Shown: piece after piece, positions 21,601 to 29,993 of the stretch | Layout: every line of letters begins with the position of its first letter | Numbering within the stretch: position 1 is the first letter of the stretch | NCBI GenBank assembly: GCA_036149055.1 | Contig: JAYZQJ010000038.1 | Location: 1-64,000 of the forward strand | Direction: 5' to 3' | Length of the DNA: 64,000 nt | From: Myxococcota bacterium | Lineage (GTDB): Bacteria > Myxococcota_A > Polyangia > Polyangiales > Sandaracinaceae | The notes under the pieces: model-generated | Told to the model about the DNA's origin: nothing | The model's database searches: none | Seen by the model: only the letters and a program-made list of their open reading frames with translations | Translations under genes and position numbers: made by a program

Positions 21601-22484
21601 CGGCGGTTGGCGAGCGGGCTGCCGATCGCGACCCGGCGCTCTCCGCTGACCCGCCAGATCCAGGCGGCGAGCGCGGTCGCGTAGAGGACGTGCCGCGCCA
21701 TCGGCTTCGACGGCATCGCGAACGGGCCGTCCGCGCAGGCCGCGTCGAGCGCCGCCATGCGCTCCGCGTCGAGCGTGACCTCCACCCGGCGGAGCCGGCC
21801 GGTGCGCGCGCGGGGGGCTCGCCCGTAGAAGGTCGGCACCGGCGGCGCCGCCTCGAGCCGCGCCTCCCACCAGGCCGCGTCCCGCGCGCCGAGCTCGCTC
21901 TCGCGGTAGGCGGCCTCGGCCTCGCGGTGGGTCGTCATCGGCTCGAGCGCCTCGCTCGGCGCGCCGGCGTAGAGGGCGGCGAGCCGCTCCCAGATCAGCG
22001 CGTGCGACTCGGCGTCGGTGATCAGGTGATGCTGGCGGAGCACGACCACGTGGCGGTCGTCGGCGAGGCGGACCAGCGCGGCCTCGAAGAGCGGGCGGTC
22101 GAGCGCGAAGGGCAGCGGGGCCCGATCGGCGAGCCACGCCTCGAGCGCCGCCTCCGGATCGGGCGCGCTCCTCAGGTCCACGAGCGGCAGCGGCGCCGGC
22201 CAGGGCGCCATCACCTCGGGCCGCGGCACCTCGGGCCGCGGCGTGCCGTCGTCCATCCGGACCACCGTGCGCAGCCCTTCCGTCTCGGCGACGAGCCGGC
22301 GCAGGGCCGCCTCGAGCCGATCCCGGTCCACCGGCCCGTCCACCCGGAAGCGCGCGACCATCACGTTGGTCGGCGCGCTCGGGGCCAGCCGGTGCTCGAG
22401 CCACACCAGGCGCTCCCGAGCGGTCAGGCTCGGCTCGCCGGCGGCCGGTCGGGGGGCGGCGTTCTGCGCTACCCGAGCGCTCAC
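18645..22484 (-). CDS. Stand-alone monomodular NRPS (C-A-T-TE)
   Basis: C: QHHLITD. A: YVLFTSGSTGRPKG, NVYGPTE, YRSGD, QIKIRGFRVELGEIE, PTGKIDR. T: FFAVGGHSL. TE: GLSFG. Confidence 0.93.
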   Translation of the reverse strand: MSARVAQNAAPRPAAGEPSLTARERLVWLEHRLAPSAPTNVMVARFRVDGPVDRDRLEAALRRLVAETEGLRTVVRMDDGTPRPEVPRPEVMAPWPAPLPLVDLRSAPDPEAALEAWLADRAPLPFALDRPLFEAALVRLADDRHVVVLRQHHLITDAESHALIWERLAALYAGAPSEALEPMTTHREAEAAYRESELGARDAAWWEARLEAAPPVPTFYGRAPRARTGRLRRVEVTLDAERMAALDAACADGPFAMPSKPMARHVLYATALAAWIWRVSGERRVAIGSPLANRRSRRVRRVVGMVMEQSPLFAEVREDDTFATLAARVREDLKDVLRHGRACISNPSHAKAYDAVLNVHRVSYAPLGGSPVRGSIAPGLAWAERWPEGAPDGGEAFSLTVYDDGGRETLAFDLSRDVFEGELAERVPEHLLRLVDAAVRDPDARPGDVDLLTEAERAVVAAPAPRVVEPSFLREVLAADPDRVALEADGVTVTYGQLLARAGGIARALRRAGVDRGDAVLVALRRGPELPAGLLGVLLSGAAYVPVDPKHPEARTRCVIEDAAPTALLTDGSLSLALPTVDVREVADAAPPDALPAPDDLAYVLFTSGSTGRPKGVEITHGNLAAFLRAMLHVPGLGPSDRVLAITTPGFDISTFELFGPLMVGARIVLADEETGLDGARLRERVEAGRVTLIQATPPTWRLLLGAGWEGDPTLTAMCGGEPMPTDLAEALIARTGSLWNVYGPTESTVWCTAHRVDVPRSPMPIGRPVPYAAARVLGPGGRPAPFGVVGEIAVAGAGVGRGYRGQPERSASVFVRDVVDPEAPMYRSGDQGRWLPDGTLECLGRADGQIKIRGFRVELGEIEAALRAHPSVEDAAVLLEGEGARAALVAHVSGERLDPEALDAHAKDRLPAYMVPSRWSTHASLPLGPTGKIDRKALAAEGTATLAARARRVDPRDDTEAVIAGVWAEALELPRVGVTDDFFAVGGHSLAAARIVDGLRKAFSVELPLGALFEARTVEKLAETLRRGDGRAPCELVTLAHGEGTPLFCICGVQVYHPLASRLAGDRPIYGVYLAQEEDVLREAREGRAAELSVSAMAEAYTDVIRGRQPRGPYALAGLSFGGVLAYEIAQRLRAAGEEVSLLAMFDTVIPSGLRRAPLKWARAHLRAIRRAPLEEARRVLRRARGEAHEEAVAGVREAAYVAAMRRYQPQTYDGEVLLFRATESSFGEGWVATRDGGLGPYAPRMRVLDVPGRHVGMMHPPHVDTLAARLRPFLPEG

Positions 22485-22559
22485 GACACGCGTCGATGGA
22501 AAGAGCTCATGTCACCCCTGCCTCTAGGTCCGCCTCGGGACGCCGCCACGGGGCGTAAT

Positions 22560-22574
22560 CACAACTGGGTTGCA
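22560..22574. promoter_or_regulatory. Putative Fur/Zur-family operator between the divergent NRPS and TonB receptor genes
   Basis: CACAACTGGGTTGCA, an imperfect palindrome matching the box at 26614-26628. Confidence 0.55.
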
Positions 22575-22604
22575 GGAGTGATTCGGGTCCACTATGAGGG
22601 CGCG

Positions 22605-25286
22605 ATGCGCTCCGCGCTGACCGCGCTGCTCCTCCTCGCGCTCGCCGCCCCGGCGTCCGCGCAGGACGCGGGTGTGCCCGCCGCTCCGGCCGACGAGGCG
22701 CCGCCCGAGCCTCCGCCGGACGCGCCCGAAGACGAGGCCCCCGAGGCCGAGCCGGCGCCGCCCGAGCCGCCGCCGCCGAGGATGGTGCCGCCCCGCATCG
22801 TGCGCTCGTCGCCCCCCGAGTACCCGGAGAGCCGGCTCGGCGAGCACCTGCACCCGAGCGTGGTCCTCATCGTCACCCTGGACCCGAGCGGCCAGGTGGT
22901 CGACGCCGAGGTGGAGCACTCCGCCGACCCCGACTTCGACGCGGCCGCGCAGGCGGCGGTACGGACCTGGGAGTTCGCGGCGGCGCAGCGCGAGGGGCAG
23001 CCGATCGCGTCGCGGGTGCGGGTGGCGGTGCACTTCGAGCTGCCGGCGTTCGACCTCGCCACCGGCGCCGAGCCGGTCGAGGGCGGCGCGGTGGTCGAGC
23101 CGGTCGAGGTGCTGCCCGATCATCCCCAGCCGCAGCCCGAGACCGAGGTCGAGCCGGTGGAGGAGGCGGAAGAAGCGCCCGAGCCGGCCGAGGAGCTGGG
23201 GGTGACCGCGGCCATCGAGCACGAGGTCCGCGACGAGGACCGAGGCGCGAGCAGCTTCGAGATCGACCGCGACGTGCTCGCGTCCGCGCCGCGGCAGGAG
23301 GGCGCCGATCTCCTCCTCAGCGTGCCCGGGGTCTTCGCCGCGCGCGCCGAAGGCATGGCCGTCGGCCACCGGATCAACCTGCGCGGCTTCGACGCCGAGC
23401 ACGGCCAGGACATCGAGCTCTCGGTCGGGGGGCTGCCCATCAACCTCCCGTCGCACGTGCACGGGCAGGGCTACGCCGACCTCGGCCTCCTGATCCCCGA
23501 GGCGGTCCGCCGGGTGCGCGCGACCGAGGGCGTCTACGACCCGCGGCAGGGGGACTTCGCGGTCGCCGGCAGCATCGCCTTCGACCTCGGCGTGCCCGAG
23601 GACGAGCGCGGCTTCCGCGTGCAGTCGGGCTACGGCCTCTACGACACCTTCGAGCAGCTGGTGCTCTGGGCGCCCGAGGGCGAGCGCGAGGAGACCTTCG
23701 GCGCCGTGCAGTACCGGCGGACCGGCGGCTACGGCCAGCGCCGCCAGGGCGACGCGATCAGCGCGATCGTGCAGGCCGGCGCCCGCAGCGGCGACTGGCG
23801 CCTGCGGGGGCTCGGCATCCTCTACGGCGCCCGCGCGAACCTCGCCGGCGTGATCCGGGTCGACGACCTCGAGGCCGAGCGGATCGGCTACTACGACGCC
23901 TACGGGCTCCCGACCGCCCAGTCGCAGAGCGCCACCAGCGGCCGCTTCCTCGCGGGCTTCTTCGCCGACCACCGCTCGGACACCGGCGCGGGCGGCGGCG
24001 TGGGCCTCTGGATCGGCGGCGATCTCTTCCGGGTCCAGGAGAACTTCACCGGCTTCACCCGCCGCTCGCGCAGCGTCTTCACCCCGACCGGGCGAGGCGT
24101 CGCCGGCCGCGGCGACCTGATCGAGCAGCGCAACCGCACGATGTCCGCCGGGCTGAATGGCCGCTTCCGCACCGCCGCCTGGACGCCCTGGGACTGGGCC
24201 TCGGCGCGCCTCGAGCTCGGCCTCGACGGCCGGGTGGACTTCGTCGAGCAAGCGCAGAACCTCCTCGACGCCGAGCAGAACCGCACCTGGGACGAGCTGA
24301 TCGACGCCGACGTCTTCGCGGCCAACACCGCGCTCTGGGGCGACGTCGAGCTGCAGCTCACCGATCTGGTGACCGTGCACGCCGGCGCCAGGGCCGCGCT
24401 GGTCGTCTACGAGATCGACGATCGCCTCGGCAACTTCATCGAGGCCGAGCGGCGCGAGAGCTTCCTCGTCGGCTACCGGCGGAGCGCGGGCGGCGTCACC
24501 GCCGGGCCGCGGGCGAGCGTCGAGGTGAAGCCGCTCGAGATCCTCGCCTTCCGCGCCGCCTACGGCCACGGCTACCGCTCGCCTCAGGCGCGCACCCTGG
24601 CCGACGGCGAGACCGCCCCCTTCACCGAGGTCCGCTCGGCCGACCTCGGCGCGGTGCTCGAGCTCGATCGCGCGCTCCGGGTCCAGGTCGCGGGCTTCTG
24701 GACCGAGCTGTCGGACGACATCGCCTTCGAGCCGCGGGAGGGGCGCCTCGAGCGCATCGGGGCCACCCGCCGGATCGGGGCGGTGCTCCACGCGCAGGCC
24801 CGCCCGCTCGACTGGCTGATCGGCGCGCTCAGCGTGACCTACGTCGACGCCGAGCTGCTCGAGCCGCCGCCCGGCACCGCCAGCGACCCGCAGCCCGCGT
24901 TCGAGCCGGGACAGAACCTCCCCTACGTGCCGCCGGTCGTGATCCGCGCCGACCTCGGCGCCCGCGGCACCCTGGTCGACGACGTGCTCGGTCAGAAGCT
25001 CCGCGGCCACGTCGGCGCCGGCTACTCGTTCCTCTCGCCGCGCCCGCTGCCGTTCGGCGGCTTCGCCGATCCGGTCAGCCTCTTCGACGCGAGCGCCGGC
25101 CTCGGCTGGGGCCCGGTCGACCTCGACGTCTCGTTCTTCAACCTCTTCGACGTGCGCTACGCGGCGTCGGAGTTCGTCTTCGCGTCGAGCTGGGACCCCG
25201 ACGCGATCCCGAGCCGGGTGCCGGCCCGCCACCTCGCGGCCGGCTCTCCCTTCACCTTCATGGTCACCCTGGGGATCTCGCCGTGA
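22605..25286 (+). CDS. TonB-dependent receptor with N-terminal TonB-C domain
   Basis: Signal peptide, Pro-rich linker, TonB-C (PPEYP...AVRTWEF), plug LRGFDAEHGQD...SHVHGQGYAD, barrel ending NLFDVRY...PFTFMVTLG. Confidence 0.9.
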   Translation: MRSALTALLLLALAAPASAQDAGVPAAPADEAPPEPPPDAPEDEAPEAEPAPPEPPPPRMVPPRIVRSSPPEYPESRLGEHLHPSVVLIVTLDPSGQVVDAEVEHSADPDFDAAAQAAVRTWEFAAAQREGQPIASRVRVAVHFELPAFDLATGAEPVEGGAVVEPVEVLPDHPQPQPETEVEPVEEAEEAPEPAEELGVTAAIEHEVRDEDRGASSFEIDRDVLASAPRQEGADLLLSVPGVFAARAEGMAVGHRINLRGFDAEHGQDIELSVGGLPINLPSHVHGQGYADLGLLIPEAVRRVRATEGVYDPRQGDFAVAGSIAFDLGVPEDERGFRVQSGYGLYDTFEQLVLWAPEGEREETFGAVQYRRTGGYGQRRQGDAISAIVQAGARSGDWRLRGLGILYGARANLAGVIRVDDLEAERIGYYDAYGLPTAQSQSATSGRFLAGFFADHRSDTGAGGGVGLWIGGDLFRVQENFTGFTRRSRSVFTPTGRGVAGRGDLIEQRNRTMSAGLNGRFRTAAWTPWDWASARLELGLDGRVDFVEQAQNLLDAEQNRTWDELIDADVFAANTALWGDVELQLTDLVTVHAGARAALVVYEIDDRLGNFIEAERRESFLVGYRRSAGGVTAGPRASVEVKPLEILAFRAAYGHGYRSPQARTLADGETAPFTEVRSADLGAVLELDRALRVQVAGFWTELSDDIAFEPREGRLERIGATRRIGAVLHAQARPLDWLIGALSVTYVDAELLEPPPGTASDPQPAFEPGQNLPYVPPVVIRADLGARGTLVDDVLGQKLRGHVGAGYSFLSPRPLPFGGFADPVSLFDASAGLGWGPVDLDVSFFNLFDVRYAASEFVFASSWDPDAIPSRVPARHLAAGSPFTFMVTLGISP

Positions 25287-26134
25287 AGCGCGCCCTTCTC
25301 GCTCTGCTGCTGACCGGCTGCATCGACACCAGCATCGAGGCGACCACCGTGTCGCTCTCGGTGGCCGGCACCGACGCGCCCGCCTTCGAGGACCGCGCCG
25401 GCCACCCGGTGACGCTGACCCGCGCCGACCTCGCCTTCGGCCCGCTCTATCTCTGCCCCGGCAACCAGGCGGGCGAGCTCTGCGAGGAGGCGCTCGCCGA
25501 GCACACCGACGCGGTGGTGGTGGACGCCCTCGACCCCGATCCGGTCTCGGTGGGAGAGATGCCGGCGATCACCGGGACCGCCCGCTCGTTCATGTACGAC
25601 CTCGGCATCGCGTCGCTCCTCGGGCGCGACGCCCCCTTGGTGACCGAGGCCGCCCGATCGCTCGGCGACGTGTCGACCGTGGTCGAGGGGCAGGTCGAGG
25701 TGGCGGGGCAGACCGTGCCCTTCGAGATCGCGGTGCCGATCGCCGCCGGCCCGATGACCGAGGGCGGCGTGCCGGTGGTCCGGAGCGGCACCGCCGACGC
25801 CTTCGTTCTCGAGATCCTGCCCGACGGCGCCTCGTCCCTCACCGTGCGCTTCGACCCGCGGGCCTGGCTCCGGAGCGCCGACTTCGGGAGCCTGGTCGAG
25901 GACGAAGCCTGCGCGCCCGGACTGCCCCTCGCCTGCGCCGGCGCGGTCGAGCAGACCTGCTCGGGCGACGGCTCGGTGGCGGCGACCCGCGACTGCGCGG
26001 CGCTCGGGGAGGTCTGCCTCGCCGGCGTCGGTTGCGCCGAGCGCGTGACCCTCGACGCGAGCACCCAGCCCGGCCGCGCGCTGGTGAACGGGGTCAGCGC
26101 CGGGACACGCCCCGCCTTCGAGGGCCTACCGTGA
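25283..26134 (+). CDS. Cys-rich lipoprotein coupled to the TonB receptor
   Basis: GTGA overlap, lipobox LLTG-C, several Cys. Confidence 0.75.
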   Translation: MKRALLALLLTGCIDTSIEATTVSLSVAGTDAPAFEDRAGHPVTLTRADLAFGPLYLCPGNQAGELCEEALAEHTDAVVVDALDPDPVSVGEMPAITGTARSFMYDLGIASLLGRDAPLVTEAARSLGDVSTVVEGQVEVAGQTVPFEIAVPIAAGPMTEGGVPVVRSGTADAFVLEILPDGASSLTVRFDPRAWLRSADFGSLVEDEACAPGLPLACAGAVEQTCSGDGSVAATRDCAALGEVCLAGVGCAERVTLDASTQPGRALVNGVSAGTRPAFEGLP

Positions 26135-26136
26135 GG

Positions 26137-26574
26137 TCAATCGCAGGCGTTGCAGAGGCCGCGGACCTGGATCTCGACCTTCTTCTGGGCGAGCGACTTC
26201 GGCGCGCCACGCTTGGCCTTCACCGCGATCGCGTCGTCGGGGAGGCAGCTGACGTCGCCGCACTCCTGGCAGACGAAGTGAGGGTGCGCGGTCGGGTCGT
26301 GGGCCTCGCTCCCGGCGATCTCGAAGCGCCAGAGGTGGTCGCCGAAGTCGCTGCGGTGGGCCAGGCCGGCGTTGGTCAGGTCGACCAGGTTGCGGTAGAT
26401 GGTCGCTCGGTCGTAGCCATGGCTCTCGAGCCGCTCGCACACGTCGCCGTGGGCGAGCGGGCCCTCGGCGTCCTGCAGGCAGGCGAGCACCAGCGCGCGG
26501 CTGGTGGTGGCGCGCAACCCGCCCTCACGCAGCGCTCGCTTCAGCTCTTCTTTGCGCTCCCCGAGATTTGCCAT
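26137..26574 (-). CDS. Fur-family metalloregulator (Zur-like)
   Basis: GLRATTSR, ATIYRNL, HPHFVCQECG and C-terminal GLCNAC. Confidence 0.9.
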   Translation of the reverse strand: MANLGERKEELKRALREGGLRATTSRALVLACLQDAEGPLAHGDVCERLESHGYDRATIYRNLVDLTNAGLAHRSDFGDHLWRFEIAGSEAHDPTAHPHFVCQECGDVSCLPDDAIAVKAKRGAPKSLAQKKVEIQVRGLCNACD

Positions 26575-26613
26575 CGCTCGACTCTCCCAGATCCGGCGTC
26601 AGTATAGAACAGT

Positions 26614-26628
26614 CGTAATCGGATTGCA
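26614..26628. promoter_or_regulatory. Putative Fur/Zur-family operator between the regulator and the permease
   Basis: CGTAATCGGATTGCA, an imperfect palindrome in the 75-bp divergent intergenic gap. Confidence 0.55.
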
Positions 26629-26649
26629 GACAGCGGCGAGCCTTTTCTC

Positions 26650-28452
26650 ATGTGGATACCCGTCACCATCGCGGTGCTCTCCTGCGCCGTCGGCGCGGCC
26701 CTCGGGCTGGGTGGGCGGCGTGACCACACCCGGGTGCTGGCGACCTTCGCGGTGGTGGCGGCCCTGGCGATCGCCCTCGGCCAGCTGCTCCCGGACGCGC
26801 TGGCCGGGGTGGGCATCCTCGCCCTCCTGGTCTTCGCCGGCGCGGCCGTGGCGCCCGGGCTGCTCGAGAAGGGCGTCGCCCGCATCATGGGCCGGGAGCG
26901 CAGCCACCGGCTCGGGCTCGAGCTGGGCTACTGGGCGCTCTTCGTGCACCGGGTCGGGGACGGAATCGGCCTCGGCATCTACGGCGGCCACGAGCACGCC
27001 GGTCACAACCACGCCGACATCCTGATCGCGATCGCGGCCCACTCCGTACCGCTGGTCGCCTTCATGACGCTGGCCTTCGTCCGCCAGGACGGGCCGGCGG
27101 CCGCGATCTGGCGGGTGGCCGGCCTGGCGCTCGCCTCGGTGATCGGCATCGGCGTCCCCGCGGTGGTGCCCCACGCCCTCTTCGAGGCGGCGGAGCCCTG
27201 GATCACCGCCGGCGTGGCCGGGCTCCTCATCCATGTCGTCGCCCACGACTGGGCGCCCATCCGTCAGCCCGGCGGCTGGGGCACCCGGATCGCCGACCTC
27301 CTCGTCGCCGGGGGCGCGCTCAGCCTCTTCTTCTTCAGCGGGCACGACCACCACGGGGGCAGCGAGGTGCGCGGCCGCATCGGCGACGCGCTCGTCGATC
27401 TCTCGCTCGACACCGCCCCGGCCCTCGCGATCGGCCTCGCGCTCGGCGCGGTGCTCACCGCGTTCGGCGCGCGCCTCCCCACCGACTGGCTCCGCCGCGG
27501 CGGGGCGCTCTCGCAGGCCACCCGCGGGGCGGTGGTCGGCGCGCCCCTCCCGATCTGCGCGTGTGGCGTCCTGCCCCTGGCCGACACGCTGCGCCGCCGG
27601 GGCGCCGGGCCCGCGCTGGTGGTCGCCTTCCTCCTGGCCACCCCCGAGCTCGGCATCGAGACCTTCGCGCTGACCACCTCGTTCATCGGCTGGCCGTTCG
27701 CGATCGTCCGGCTGGTGGCCGCGGTCGGCCTCGCGGTCTTCGCGGCGCTGGTGATGCACCGGGCCACGAAGCCGAGCCACGCGCACGCCCACGCCCACGG
27801 CGAAGAGGAGGCCGCTCCCGAGGGGAGCTACTTCGGCCGCTGGCTCCACGCCTTCGACGAGCTGCTCTTCCACGTCGCCCCCTGGACGGTCGTGGGCCTC
27901 GTCGCCGCCGCCTACATCCAGGCGGTCCTTCCCGAGGACGCGATGCAGGGGCTGTCCACCGGCGGCCTCGACATGCTCATCGTCACCCTCGTGGCCGTGC
28001 CCAGCTACATCTGCGCCGCCTCGGCCACCCCGCTCGCGGCGGTGCTCCTGGCCAAGGGCATGAGCCCCGGCGCCGTGCTGGTCGGCCTCCTCCTCGGCCC
28101 GGCCACCAACCTCGCCACCGTCGGCTTCCTGCGGCAGCGCTACGGCGGTCGCGCCACCTTCTTCGGCCTCGGCGCGGCGGTCCTCTTCGCCTGGGGCGCC
28201 GGCGCGCTGGTCAACGCGGCCGACCTCCCGGTCACCCCCCTGGAGGAGGCCGCGGCCGCGCACGTGCACGGCCCGGTGGCGATCGGCTGCGCGATCCTGC
28301 TCGGGCTCGCCATGACCCGCAGCATCTGGCTGGTCGGCCTACGCTCCTGGCTCTCGACCCTCGGTGAGGGCTTCGGTGGCCACTCTCACGACCACTCGCA
28401 CGACCACGTGCACCATCACCACCACCATCACGACGACCACTGCTGCGGTTGA
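26650..28452 (+). CDS. Metal permease: ZIP-like N-terminal half fused to a DUF318/ArsP-type permease, His-rich tail
   Basis: HRVGDGIGLG and IAAHSVP (ZIP-like), PICACGVLP, ATPELG, YICAASATP, C-terminus HSHDHSHDHVHHHHHHHDDHCCG. Confidence 0.8.
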   Translation: MWIPVTIAVLSCAVGAALGLGGRRDHTRVLATFAVVAALAIALGQLLPDALAGVGILALLVFAGAAVAPGLLEKGVARIMGRERSHRLGLELGYWALFVHRVGDGIGLGIYGGHEHAGHNHADILIAIAAHSVPLVAFMTLAFVRQDGPAAAIWRVAGLALASVIGIGVPAVVPHALFEAAEPWITAGVAGLLIHVVAHDWAPIRQPGGWGTRIADLLVAGGALSLFFFSGHDHHGGSEVRGRIGDALVDLSLDTAPALAIGLALGAVLTAFGARLPTDWLRRGGALSQATRGAVVGAPLPICACGVLPLADTLRRRGAGPALVVAFLLATPELGIETFALTTSFIGWPFAIVRLVAAVGLAVFAALVMHRATKPSHAHAHAHGEEEAAPEGSYFGRWLHAFDELLFHVAPWTVVGLVAAAYIQAVLPEDAMQGLSTGGLDMLIVTLVAVPSYICAASATPLAAVLLAKGMSPGAVLVGLLLGPATNLATVGFLRQRYGGRATFFGLGAAVLFAWGAGALVNAADLPVTPLEEAAAAHVHGPVAIGCAILLGLAMTRSIWLVGLRSWLSTLGEGFGGHSHDHSHDHVHHHHHHHDDHCCG

Positions 28453-28482
28453 GCCCCGCCCCGGCGGGCCTACCCCGCGAGC

Positions 28483-29691
28483 GTGCAGTCGTTCCTGGAG
28501 AGCTGGGCCGAGGCGGCCTACACCGCCGTAGGTCTCTTCTGGATGGCCTTCTGGGCGTTCGGCCTCGGCTACCTCATCAGCAGCATGATTCAGGTGTTCG
28601 TCACCCGCGCGCGCATGAAGCGCTCGATGGGCGACTCGGGTCCCAAGAGCGTCGCGCTCGGCACGTTCTTCGGCTTCATCTCGAGCTCGTGCTCGTTCGC
28701 GGCGCTGTCCACGACACGCGCGCTGTTCTCCAAGGGCGCGGGCCTCGTCCCGGCGCTCGCCTTCATGCTCGCGTCCACGAACCTGGTGGTCGAGCTCGGC
28801 ATCGTGATCGCCATCTTCCTGGGGTGGCAGTTCGTGGTCGGGGAGTACGTGGGCGGGGTCCTGCTGATCCTGCTCACGTGGTTGATCGTGAAGCTGACCG
28901 CTTCGACCGCCCTCGTCGACGAGGCGAGATCGCACGCCGAGGACCAAGAGGGCGCCGCCGATGAGAGCGAGGACCCGCCCGACTGGAAGGAGCGGGTCAC
29001 GAGCCGAGACGGCTGGCGGGAGGTCGCCGAGACCTACGTCGCCGAGTGGAAGATGGTCTGGAAGGACGTCACCGTCGGCTTCACCGTAGCGGGCGCCATC
29101 GCCGCCTTCGTGCCCTCGACCTTCTTCGAGACGCTGTTCGTGGGCGCGGGCTCGCGCGAGCCTCGGGTCTGGGAGGTCATCGCCCAGAGCGTCGTCGGTC
29201 CGGTCGCGGCGTTCTTCACGTTCATCGGATCGATGGGGAACATCCCGCTGGCGGCCGTGCTCTTCGGTCACGGGGTCAGCTTCGCCGGGGTCATGGCGTT
29301 CATCTTCAGCGACCTGGTCGTGCTCCCCGTGCTGCGGATCCAGGCCAAGTACTACGGCTGGAAGATGGCCCTCTACCTGATGGCCGTGCTCCTCGCCGTG
29401 CTGGTGACGAGCGCCGTCCTCCTCCACTACGGCTTCGACTTGGCGGGCGCGTTGCCCGATCCCACGAGCGTGAGGAGCGTCACCGATCGCGACCACTTCT
29501 CCATCGACTACGGGTTCTTCCTGAACCTCGCGTTCCTCGGGCTGAGCGCGGTCTTCCTCGGTTGGAAGTGGAAGGCCTCCGGCGCACCTCGGCGCAACGT
29601 CGGCTCGCCGACGGAGAGGGCCCTGTTCTGGATGTCGATGACCGCGTACCTCTGGCTGGCCGGCGGACTCGTCGTCCGCTCCGCGCTGTAA
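28483..29691 (+). CDS. DUF318/ArsP-family permease
   Basis: SSSCSFAA, ASTNLVVELG, SMGNIPLAAVL and FIFSDL; multiple TM helices. Confidence 0.85.
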   Translation: MQSFLESWAEAAYTAVGLFWMAFWAFGLGYLISSMIQVFVTRARMKRSMGDSGPKSVALGTFFGFISSSCSFAALSTTRALFSKGAGLVPALAFMLASTNLVVELGIVIAIFLGWQFVVGEYVGGVLLILLTWLIVKLTASTALVDEARSHAEDQEGAADESEDPPDWKERVTSRDGWREVAETYVAEWKMVWKDVTVGFTVAGAIAAFVPSTFFETLFVGAGSREPRVWEVIAQSVVGPVAAFFTFIGSMGNIPLAAVLFGHGVSFAGVMAFIFSDLVVLPVLRIQAKYYGWKMALYLMAVLLAVLVTSAVLLHYGFDLAGALPDPTSVRSVTDRDHFSIDYGFFLNLAFLGLSAVFLGWKWKASGAPRRNVGSPTERALFWMSMTAYLWLAGGLVVRSAL

Positions 29692-29712
29692 TGATGCCGC
29701 ATCGCGTGCGTC
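29688..29712 (+). promoter_or_regulatory. Putative ECF (CorE-like) promoter GTAA-N17-CGTC for the lipoprotein-TolC-MCO operon
   Basis: GTAA-TGATGCCGCATCGCGTG-CGTC, ~35 nt upstream of ATG 29748; same spacing at three other copper genes. Confidence 0.7.
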
Positions 29713-29747
29713 CTTCGGGCGCGTAGATGGAGCGAAAGGGAGTGCAC

Positions 29748-29993
29748 ATGAGATGGCTGTGGCTCGCGATGGTCCTCGGGTGCGCGTCGCCCGATCCCGG
29801 ATGGACCGGGACCTCACCCACCCACGCGGGCGCGGAGGCGGCGCCGCTGCCGCCGGTCGCGCGCGCCCTCCGCGAGGACCCCGCGCCGCCCCCCGAGGCC
29901 TCGCCGGACGAGGACGCGCACCATCACCACGGCCACGGCCATGGCCAGGGCGACGCGTCGACCGAGGGCGGAGGGCACGACCATGCGCGCTGA
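29748..29993 (+). CDS. Small His-rich lipoprotein
   Basis: GGGAG RBS, lipobox VLG-C, HHHHGHGHG and GHDH; overlaps the start of the TolC gene. Confidence 0.7.
   Translation: MRWLWLAMVLGCASPDPGWTGTSPTHAGAEAAPLPPVARALREDPAPPPEASPDEDAHHHHGHGHGQGDASTEGGGHDHAR

Noticed and set aside
19716..22604. N-terminal ~960 aa of the 1856-aa ORF
   Set aside because: Antisense to the NRPS; the real receptor begins at ATG 22605 with a signal peptide
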